DNA of 64,000 nucleotides. Origin: Nitrospirales bacterium (lineage in GTDB: Bacteria; Nitrospirota; Nitrospiria; Nitrospirales; UBA8639). The notes under the pieces are model-generated. The model saw only the letters and a program-made list of their open reading frames with translations, had not been told where the DNA came from and did no database searches. Each line of letters begins with the position of its first letter. Within the stretch, counting starts at the first letter, position 1. This document shows, one piece after another, positions 26,901 through 38,900 of this stretch. The stretch lies in assembly GCA_965203295.1 (NCBI GenBank), contig CBDBCZ010000017.1, forward strand, positions 1,440,001 through 1,504,000, written 5' to 3'. The position numbers and the translations under genes are program-made.

Positions 26901-29900
26901 TTAGTAGCCACCCTCAAATTATAGCTGCACCTCCAGAAGCTAAGCTATCAAGCTCTGATAGTAAAATGGGTTCTCAGTAGTTTCCCTGAAATTGGAGATG
27001 GTAAAGTAGCCTGCACTTGTGTAAGCAGTTATTGCTGTAGTACAAACGACCAGCCACTGTGCTTTATTCAAATTTCATGTGGCTACAGGAGAGGCCTTAC
27101 TTTCTAAAATATATTTCAGTCGCAAGTACAAAGTGCACAATGAATTTCCAATCAAGATTTAGGATATTAGCACTTACTGTCCCTTGATAAAGGCAATGTA
27201 GAAGAGAGAAGCATAGTAGTTGACACTCTGGAAGATGTATGTCTTGGTGATCAGGCTATCAGTATAGGAACTTTGAGTGCGATGAAGCTCTGTGTTGTAC
27301 ATAAAAGGAATAAGGCAATGCAAAATTAAAGGTAAGAGAAATGTATGCTTACTTCCTAAGTCCACTAACTCTCTCCATCCCTTTACAGGGGTTTGTAGGT
27401 TGGTTGTGCAGTGCATCAATGTACATTACCATGGCAACCACTTTTTCCCACGCTTATAGCACTCAAAGGAGGTCACATACAGGGATCATTGCTATACCAA
27501 TGTACATTAAATCAGTTAAAGGTCAGTTTGGGTGAGGGGTTAAAATCCTCGGCTTCGCCTCGGACTTTAAATTCCCCTCACCCAAACTGACCTTTAACTA
27601 TTACATATAGGCAAGTGGGAGTTGACAGTAGTAATTGTGTTATTTGTTAGTCTTTGATTCTGACAGCCTAACCTAATTAAGTACTTGAGAGCCACTGCTT
27701 ATTTGCCCTCTCCTGTTGACAACCAACTAGCTTGCAAACCTCTGTATGGACCTTACACTTACCCCAGTCATTGAGTATTCTTGCAAGGTATGCGTAAACT
27801 TTGTTCAGGACTTCGATGAAAACCAGTTGAAGGACAGCTGCAGTGATAGAAACGATGATGTCTACAATGCTGAGCCTGTTTTCAACGCCAGAGAGAAGAT
27901 GGTAGAGAAAGCCACTGAAGACAAGACGATAGACGGTCACAGCAAAAATGACAGCAATGACAATGGTAGCCTGTGTAGCAAAAGAACAGGAGTATTCAAT
28001 TAATTTTTCTTAATTAACTACCTCCAATGAATTCTTCAACCAAAATATAGCAAATTATACGGTATGCAGCATGAAACAGCTTAGCATAGTCTACAGTTGC
28101 AGTTATCTTACGTACCTGGCTAAGCTAAGCCTCGGGTGTTTTACTTGAATGAAATGATCCCAGCTAGCTGCTTTATATATGAAATATCAGGCTTGTTATT
28201 ATAACTACTGTAGACACTCAAAATTGATGTCCCTTCTTATTAATTTTCATATTTAACTCATTGCACACGACAATAATTTCACACGTGAGGTTAGCCTATG
28301 CGTCATTATTGTCAATGAAAGCATACTAAGCATATCTGGGTAGCATTTCACTATATTTTCGCTAACCAAGTCAAGAAAGCAGTGGATTCCGTGTGTTTTT
28401 CTTCAAAGACCATCAGCCACGGCTATTTAACTCCCCGTAGACTAATTATAATACACACGCCTATGTATAGGCGTGCCACAAGCAATGAGTTAAAGGGAAA
28501 AATCAAGGCAACTTGCTTAACACCAGACTAGAGAGCCTGGGAATGAGACTACACTGGCCTGGGAATGAGACTACACTGGCCTGGGAATGAGACTACACTG
28601 GCCTGGGAATGAGACTAAACTGGCCTGGGAATGAGACTACACTGGCCTGGGAATGAGACTACACTGGCCTGGGAATGAGACTACACTGGCCTGGGAATGA
28701 GACTACACTGCCCAAAATCAACAACTTGCCATAGAGATTAGGACGGATAATGAGAAGACCACTTTAGGGTAGTACCAGTAGGCTGGTTGGATGAACTCCT
28801 TTTTCTTCAGAACCTTATTAATGACAAAAAACTTCCCACGGTCCTTTGGTTTAGTTTTCTTAATGTGTTGCTTGATGGTGTGAACAAACTCAGGTCGGGC
28901 ACGCTCCTAAATAACAAGAGTGAAGAGATTCACTAGTTGTAGAGGCTCAAAAATGCATGCGCTGTATAAATATAGTAACTATTGCTACAACTACGCACGT
29001 CATAATTAAGAACCCTGCCCTTAATGGAAGTTCAGAGATACAGCAATTTAAATACAGTGACACGATTGAAATGCACATAGGAGCAATATTTGATGGGACT
29101 AACACATGTGACTTTCAGAAACACCTACTACTAAAATTTGAAAACCTGGCAGGCAATTCACATGTGTGGTGATATTCCAAAAATGGTGGAGGTATGTACA
29201 TACTAGGAATACGCACGTGAATTATGCCTCGCGGGCTTAATTTGCATATGGTGGCAGTTATTTGTGCTAGTGAACTGTGTGGTGCATGGTAGGTGACTTG
29301 AGGTTTGTCTATGCGTAGATTGAACACGTGCCTTGCCCCCTGAAGCCCAGGGACCGCGAGGGTAGTCGCTAGCCAGAGACCCAATTTTGAACACGTGCCT
29401 GCCCCCTGAGGCCCGGGGGCCGGGGAAGGTGGTCGCAAGTCTCGCGAACCAGCCCCTCGCATGAGACGTTCGTGCAAGGGGATGGCTCGCGAGACTAACT
29501 AGTCATGACAAACAACTACTGGAGAAGCTATGCATATCAGAGCAACTGGCCAGATCACTTTGTTAGCAGCATATTTTCAATGGCTAACCACAGCTGCTAA
29601 CAAAAGAGCAGAGAGCCGCAAAGCATGCTAGCTTGAAATACCGTTGGCATCTTGCGATCATGTCGTCGGTCTCCAGCGCTCATATCTCAGCTTACAGTAA
29701 GGCTACACAATTTCTACAAACCTGGGAGCTGTAGTAAGCCTCCCTTGATAAAACTACACGACAAATTCGTCCAGACCTCTGACTCTTCGTCTGCCACGAC
29801 TTCGAAGACGGCACCCAAAAAACTGCCAGAGACGCCATTTTGAACGCGTGCCTTGCCCCCGGGGGCGGGTGGAACAAACTATATATATATATATAAACGC

Positions 29901-32900
29901 TAGCTGAGATAGTTGAGCCCATAGCATGCGATTATTGGCCTTGCTACGCTCGGCAATTACTGGCAGAAAAATCCATGTTTTAGGAAGAGGGGAGCTGCAT
30001 ATTTCTAGTGTGTTTTTAAACGCTTACACTATGTCATTCATCAATTTATTACACATCCTTCAAACATTAATGGGTTTTAGCTAGCTATGGCACTCCAATC
30101 TGCTCTAAGAGTGAAGTTCACTAGTTGTACTAAAAAATTAAACAGATTTAGGAATGGAAGTGCCAAAAAGAATGCAAACAAGGAAGCATAAACACACCAT
30201 ACACGGCACCATCCCACTATATTTTTGTAGAAACCCCTGAAAATGAAGGTTAGGTGCCATAAAAGCTAACGTTGTTTTTATTTTGAGAGGCATTGATATT
30301 AAATTATTTTATATTGAATGTCTGCACCATCCCTACATAGAGAGCCTACAAATAAGACATGGCTTAAGCAGGGTAGAAGGGCTACTTGAGTGGGGTTCCC
30401 CAAAGCTTTCTACTGTTGCTTACCACGTGATTCTCAGTACTCAAATAGTTTCTATTGTATGACTTAATTGTAATAACAATACCGCCATTTATCAGCTGTG
30501 TGCATCTATAAGGCTTCTTCACTTCATGTGAGTTCAGATGTATGATGTATTCATTACCTCCGTGGATTCATACTTCAGCAAGTCCCAGTCATACTGCAGG
30601 CGAAATTGACGCCGCTTCCAAAACTCCAAAAACAGTACAGCTGCAAAGACATGTTATGGAATTAGGCTAAAAAATATGTGACAGTACTGGGTACAAGTCA
30701 AATAGCATTCTGTCACGTTTTTTGATCGCAACTCTGTGTTTGAAACACAATATCTTTGAACTTCCATCAAAGGTTGGGCTCAAATTACGCTATGTAAATG
30801 CATCAATAGTCATATTTAAGCTCTTCTTAATGGAAGATCAATATTTCAAATGCAGAGACGCAATCGAAATATGCAACAAAAAATATTTGATTTCTACACG
30901 GGACTGTCACATATGTTTACATTAAGAACATATGCAAGGGGATGTACAACAGATGGTAGTTAATAGGTGTTGGTTCAAGAATTTTCATGTATACTAAAGG
31001 TTGACTCATCATATAAAGTACTGTACAGAATGCTCTACCTTGTTGTTGTTGTACAACTTCATTTTCAATACTACAGGCCATAAAATATGATGTTTAGCCC
31101 ACTCACCCCAGAAGGCCATGAATATGGCAAAGAACACTGTTGCTCCATTGTCAAAGAGAAGCATCACCTGCAAACACACACAAAAGATCCCATTACTGAC
31201 ACCTGTCATGCTGTGTCAGCAAAAAGAACTATATAAGCTGAACATAGGCATGGGGATGTGTAATTCCGCGATCAGATACCGCAGCTACTAATTATTTCAT
31301 CGTGCAATTTTCTGCGGCCACTACTTGAGGGCGGCCACTAGTCAAGGGCAGCGTTTTTTCGACTGAGCAGTTTGCTGGCTACATAGCGATGCACAACAGC
31401 AGTTCCAATCTGATTGGTTTAATCACCGTTCACTGTTTATTAAAGCCATCACATTACAATGCCAGCTATTCATTTGGTAGAAGATATCAAAAATATCAGA
31501 TTTACGGGCAGCCTCTAATCCCTTTGCAGACCTCAAAAAAGACAAAGGTGAAGTCCAATAACTGTTAAGTAGAAAAGTCAAGTACTACTCTACTCTTACT
31601 CTATTATGATATCTTGTGGTCCTTGAATTTTGCCGCGGCTACTAATCGAGGGCAGTCACTATTTCATTCAGTACTTCTGGAGTTGCAGCTATAATTCGAG
31701 GGTGGCTATTAATCGAGGGTGGTATCTATTCGCAAAAATACGGTACTTACTCTGGCAGCGGAACAAATATCTGTGAGCCACCAGAAATCACAGAGTTCAT
31801 CACACAGAGGGCACATGTAGTAGTCAGTCCGGTTTACCTCCCTGCAAATATCAGCACTGCAATGGAAAATAGATACGTAGTGTACAAATGATGCACATAG
31901 ATCTATATGTGTACGATATGTAGGGTAGGCACTATATTAGTCTCAGACTAGCTAGAGGATGGTTAACTGTAGCTCGTTCCCAGATCTCTGCCCAGGTTTT
32001 GTTGATGGCAGAATGAAAAGTGGGGAATATTTTATCACGAGGGTGATACCGGGAGAAGGTAGGGAGAATGCATGTGAGCGAACATGGTTACAGTTCTCAG
32101 ACATTGAGGGAGGATAGAGAATCTACCAGATCTGACGCTACTACAGGCTCTACAGTCAGTTACACCATCATGGTAGACGATGCTACCTTCTCCGCCAAAC
32201 CAGATGAGCTCCAAATCACTGTGGCAGCCAATTCCCGTGTTCCGCAGCACTGCTGTAGACCAGGACTACACTGAAGACTCCGCAGCTACCATTCAGTCAG
32301 CGGTAAGGCTGGTAGCTTCATACTATACCTCTCGTAGCTAATCTTCAGAACCTGTATGTACCTAGACTAAGTGACTTAGGTAAAATATAGCCGTCTTTCA
32401 GATGCCTACGCATAATTATGTAAGTGGATCATATGAGAAAGGTATTGTAACAGGCTCTCCCTCGTTTTAGGGAGACCCTAGGGATGAGGCTGCATGAGCT
32501 TGATGTAGCCACTATTTTACTCAACAATCACGTGTCTTGCATACATATATTCAACATATTAGTAGATGAAAGTGGTCTGACTAAAGACTGTTTTCTACCT
32601 ATTGTCACACTACTCTAGCAATGACAAGTCACAATTCACACAGTTGTGTGCATAGCAATGGTACACATAGGTAAATGCAAGTGATAGCTGGGATTCTGGT
32701 GACAGCAACTTACGCCACAGCATTGTTGCCGAGGGCCAGAGTTGAAAGGCCGTAGAAGAAGACGATGAGTCCGACAATGGACGCTGGAATCAGCCAGGTA
32801 GTGTAGAATCCAACCCAGGCAAAATACATTCCCACGTATTCTCCAAAGTACCTCCTGTGAATGTATAAACATACAAATAAATAGTATGTATTTACACTGT

Positions 32901-35900
32901 TGCTGGATACTAGGTGTGTCATCTCATATGTTGTTGAGGAACATGTTCATGCTCACGCCAAGCGCCACGCCCACTAGAAACACGTGGCAGTACAGTGCAC
33001 CTCGGTCGTGGTCGTTGCTAGCCGTAAGAGAACAGTATGTAGCGCTTGCACTCTGCCTATAGTAGTTCAAAGAAGGCCAAGAGGCAAGTCACCAAAAGGT
33101 TACGGTTCCTTTTGTCACCTACTGCAAAGAAAACTGAGATGGTTCCTTCAACACACACAATCATAATTGCGGGAAAAACAAGTGGTCTTTCCTTTGTTCG
33201 CAACAAAGGAGACTACACATTTGGGATTATGTTTTTTGTGATGGCTTCCCTCAAACTATGTCAATACATGTACATATACAAGCTATAGCTTTCTGGCTCT
33301 ACCTTTATATCTCTGCAAAATTGGGGTATGAGATGACCCTTGAATTGCAATTGAGATAACCAAGCATGGGTTTTTGCAGTGTATCACCTTTCAGTGAAAC
33401 GAATGGCCATTATACATACATCTACACACCGCAAGTATCAGGCAAGTACTTATATAAATCAGGGAGATTTTAAAATCTATATGCTTATTTTGTTGCACTA
33501 CAAACTGTTTTTAGCCACACACCTGACATTATCCAGTGGCTGAGCCTTGTACCAGTTCTTCCATTGGGCCCAGCGGTAGTAGAGCAACTGACGGTCAGTC
33601 TCAATCCTCTCTCCTTCCTTAACCTTATAGGGCCCCTGTATACAGCAAATGTACAGTTCATCAAAATTGAAAAAAAGGCTGAATCAAATGCTAAGTGACA
33701 AGTCTGACATTTCATGTCTAAAAAACTAGCCGGATGCCTTTCCCATATAATACACACAACTCAACTTTAAGCTACTGGGGTATTAACGCGGTACAGCGAA
33801 AGTAATGACTCAGCAGTTTTGTCATGTGCCTACAGGTAGTAGCTATATCTGCCACAAAACCAGGATCTTTACGGCTACCTACCACGTTTTCGCCATCTAG
33901 GCAACACAAAACTACCTTCATTTGCTGTAGCTTGGCCTGCAAACCTCTAAAAGTAATGTATGACGTAATATATTGCGCACGTGATAAGTGCGGACGCACA
34001 AACAGACAAACAAACAGCAATCTAAGGACCAGCCGTTCGCGCGCTGCGTGCGCTCCGGCTGGTAACAAGATATAAACTGCTGTATCTGAAAGCTGCTCAT
34101 TCTTGAAAGAACGAATGCTCTTGGGTATTCAAGGAGAATGCTAATGGAATAGTGGTGCAGCCCTTCTGTAAGTAACAAAGTGCCATGTCTCTAATGATAG
34201 GCCACACCCTGAAAGTGCACAAACACTCCCCTCAGTTTCCTGCCCTGCTCATTTTGACTCCTGTAGTGATGCTTTGTTATTTCCTGATGATCAGTTGATA
34301 GGTATACATTCCTCTGTTCTTAATCAACATGGATTCATGGAGAAATAGACAGATTCCATGTTATTGTTTGTATAGTTGATTGGCTAGCCAGCTATACACC
34401 CTGAAAGTGCACAAATACTCCCCTTAGTATCCTGCCCTGCTCATTTTGACTCTCTTAGTGACGCTTTGATGTTTTCTAATGATCAGTTGGTAGGCATACA
34501 TTCCTCCGCTCTTGACTCGCTTTAATCATCATGGAATTATGGAATCTGACTAGCAATAGTTAGATTCCATGTTATTGTTTGCATGGCTTACCAGCTGTAC
34601 ACTTCTGTTCGCTTCTAGCTACTCACCTCATGCAGAGGGTAGGCTGCTGTGAATGTGTGATCATGTAGTAGATGGTGCAGACCAATTGCATCATGGCTGG
34701 GGTCATCCTCTTTATCAGCACTCCTCACGTCTTGCAAGATTTCCCACGCCTGCATTAGAAGTCAGAGGTATATGAAACAGCCAGAGTTCAAAGGGGATTT
34801 ATTGGTCGTGGGAGGGGGGAGACATAGACAGATGGAGATAGTGTGTGAAGCATGGAGATTTCACCCCACCATGTATAAATTAAACACAAATACCTCTATA
34901 AATGCAGGATTGAACTCACTATTGCACTTCTCTGAGCACTGGTAAAGAACGTGTCCTTATCCCAATCTTGAAAACTGTCGATAGAGAAACACATATTATG
35001 CACTGGGATACAAATTTAAACTAGAGGTCTCTAGCAGAGACACACCCCGCGCTCCTGGACCCTGCAGACTGTAGCGCCGTATGCGAGCTGTAGGCGTGGC
35101 TGATCGCCGTAGAAATGATACATGCATTTCTCTACGTATACTCCAGTATGCTTTCTATCTGATATCTCTTCTAAGCTCCATGTTGAATCAAAGACTCGCA
35201 TACCATACTCGAGGGCTCGCGTATGTCCGTATTCAAGCTGAAGGTGTGACCAACTGCCGTATTAAAAAAGGGGTGACCACTTGCCGTATTAAAAAAAAGA
35301 TGGAACACACCGATAATCAAAAACAGCGTGGAAATGCCGAGAATAAAACCGCTTTTTACTATATCAGGTACAGACAGGCTAATGTATCACGGATTTCAGC
35401 GTTTACCTTCTGTTTAGAAGCCGTTATAGCCTTTAAATCGCCCGTTTGAGAGATTTTTCAAAATTTTTTATGACAGACAACAACGACGACAGACGGACAA
35501 AACCGATTACTAAACCCCGCTTGCGCATACACGCGCGGGGTAAAAACAACAACCATACTCTATGCTGATTTAATGCCGAGACACACGGCTGAGTAACTAC
35601 ACATGATTTATGAATACTAAAGGCAATATGATGTGCAGTTATGTCAATAGATGCTACAACTGAGCTGTTGTACACTGATGTAGAAGTGATTAAAATACAC
35701 CAGAGTGGGACTGTAGAAATTATTGTGCAGGTTAGTTCCTGTAAAAGCAAATTGTGCAAGTACCGTAAACTACGTATTATCCGCCCATGGGCGGGCCACT
35801 TAAGCGCAAGCTGAAAGAGGGGGGTGGGCGGATAATACGTAGTTTTTATAAATGCAATGTAGTAACTGCCCACTCGAATACGTTCCAAACGTGCGGTATG

Positions 35901-38900
35901 CAAAGCGAGTATATATACAAGGTAAGTATAGCTTTCCTAGGCAAGTACCACACCACAGTGAATGTGAATTGTGTTAAAACTAGCTACTATAGAAGCATGC
36001 GGACTACTATTATCAGCTAAAAAACGAAATGGCTAACGGACGTACTGTCGGTATTCCAATTAAAGCGCACTAAAGCTCGAATTTTGTCACTTAATTCTGC
36101 TCGTTGTCTCGGAATTTTCAGTTGTTGGTTACATGTTTAGCTCACATGGATGGTATTTAAGGGTGGGCGGATACTAAGTACATAAATACCCTCCGACATT
36201 AACTCTGACTCAAAGAGGGGGGTGGGCGGATAATACATCATGACGTAGTTTACGGTATATTCCTGTCCCCAAATTGGATCACAAAATACGAAACCGCTCA
36301 CCTTTCCCTGTGTTCATATTTGAATGGTGCAGTGAATTGGCTGGGGACTTCAAGATGTTCATCCTTGGGTTTAAGAGGTTCAAAAGGGTCCTTCATGTTG
36401 ACTGTGTTCAAGAGAGTCTCCCGCCAACCGAGTATCTCTTCAGTGATCTCAGAGTCCTATTGAGATGCAGATTGTGAGGTTATTACTGAATGGAGGAGCA
36501 TGCATTATTGTTAGATCAGCAAGTCCACTGATTACTACAGCAAGCAAGCTAAACAAATCCCAGCTATTGACACAAAATCCAGCTACTGACACAACTACTC
36601 GTCATGTTGCCTGTAGTATTCGTACATGGGTTTGCATGTCAAAAGCACTCATTTGTACCAGAAGGCATCACAGAGTCAATGACTGTTTGGCTGTCTATCC
36701 TCCAAGGCTGAAGTCATGAGATTCAACCTCAGAGTGTCAATACATGATAGCCTCATTCCTCGGCCCCGTGAGAATTAACAATTCAACTGGTTATCACTTC
36801 AAGATACCCCCACCTTCATGGGCATATTGAGAAACATCCTTTCCGCTCGACGAAGCAGAGCTCTGTGAGTGCAGTGGATGAAGTATGTTTCTGAGTCATC
36901 AGATTCCTAAGGGAGGATTGCATACCACCAATATTAGGCTGCCTGTGACCTTGGTTCTTATAACTTCATATACAATGGAAACTTGGCAATAATATAATTA
37001 TTTAGAGATTCTCTCAGTCGGCTAGTAGAATTTATCATCGCGAATTTTTTGCATTTTCAACCCAAAGTTTCAGCAGAAGTTCTTAATTGCCGACATTTCG
37101 ATTACAGTTAATTGCCAACACAGTAGTCGAAACGTCAGCAATTAAGGAGCTTCTGCTGAAACATCGGGTTGGAATTGAAAAAACTTTGCGATGAATGGCA
37201 ATAAAATTCCAATCAACATAACCTACCCCAGCAGACTCGTTCCCTATGAAACTAGTGCATGCATGTTATTTCATACAGAGGGTTTCGTGGGAAATGAGTA
37301 ATGGAGCAGGACACGCTTGCATAAAGCCATCTTTGCAGTGATCGCTCTCCTGCTACCGAATCAAGCTTACTGTCGAGTAACCTCCCACTGCCAATGCTCC
37401 CCTCTTTTAATTTCTTCACTACCACTATTTCTGTGTCGCTGTGCACATAACCCCCTTAACAGCTGCTGCAGGCAAGCCACCGTAGTGCCACATATTACAG
37501 GATGCGTAGTGTACAAAGATACACCAACAGGGGAAGTAATTTGCAAACACGGGGTCTCCATATAGCTAACACGGTCAGTTGCCTCGCTTCCTACTCAACA
37601 ATTTAACAGTTTTCATCAATGGAAGAATAAACTGGCTTGAGAACAAGGCTTTACATGCACATAGTATACAAACAAAATAATAGCAAAGCAGACTTGCACT
37701 AAATCCAATTACAGCACATTTCTTAGCCCTAGCAACCCAATTTTTGGATTATATATAGCAGTTCAAACACTCTCTCTAACTTTATTGAAACCATCTGAAC
37801 TGATTTTATCATCAAACTATTTATGGCTGTAATTTTACATTTCCTATAATAGGAAGTTGTCCTGGAGCTTGCACATACTGGGTATAGTCTATCGAGCTAG
37901 ACCCTCCTTTGCATGGAGGAGGATCTAGCTCGATAGACTAATACCAGGTAATAAAAACAGGGATGGTTTCCAAACAGAATTGCTACTTAGTTCCATATCA
38001 ATAATATACTCATGTTGCTGCTGTAACACTTACGCCATCGACCACGCACCCACATACGCAGGCGGAGCTTGAAAGATCTCCAGTCAGAAGACAAGAGCAA
38101 GAGTAACCAGATGTCTCACCATTACCATCCTGATCGTCATATAATTTATTCTTCCTAGTATCCCAGATAAATAAAAAAAAACTCTTAACTAGCCTTAATA
38201 AAGCCTTAAAATCATATCTTTCCCAATTCTCACACCCAACAGATTGTGTCTTCGCAGTTCCATACTGCTGAGTTCTAATTAGATATAGTGCAAATCTCCC
38301 ATTGAATAATACATGCTCACAGAACTGCTGTCTTTGGGTTCATAATCCATCCCCTTCTTCAAGCACGACTGCAGAAAGTACTCTCGCTTGGCTCTCAGCT
38401 CTTTCCTGCGCTCCTCTGCAATCTCCGTCATTTGAGGACATGGGTTGAAGCGACTCTGTACCAACTTCTGAAGATGACGCTCTTCCTTGTAGGACAAGAC
38501 AAAGTCTGTGTGGAGATGGAAGCAGCATCCTTAAAGGGATGTTGGATAGGCAAGACAGGCAGCACTGAAAACCTTTCGATTGATATATTGGATCATGGAT
38601 GCCAGTGCTATAAATGATGCCAGGTAGCCTGCACTGGCAAACAACTCTCATTACTGGCTACGCTTCGGTTCGAAGACCTTCTTCAGGCACAGCATGATCG
38701 TTATGCACTCACCGATTTGGGTCTTGCCATCCTTGAACACAATGGTCGGCTTAACCTAAAAAGGGGAAAATGAGCAATTCAAATTAATTAACTCGTCCTC
38801 AAAGGAGAATTATTCTGACTCTGTACTAGGGGGTCCTGGAGGGGATAGCGAAAACCCGTGATCGATGTTATGATGTCAATAGTTCCTCATGATGATGTTG

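Noticed and set aside
28535..28710. CRISPR-like array
   Set aside because: The repeats are contiguous with no unique spacers, lie in a eukaryotic intron and have no cas genes nearby.
37110..37145. Functional hammerhead ribozyme
   Set aside because: The CUGANGA half of the catalytic core is absent.
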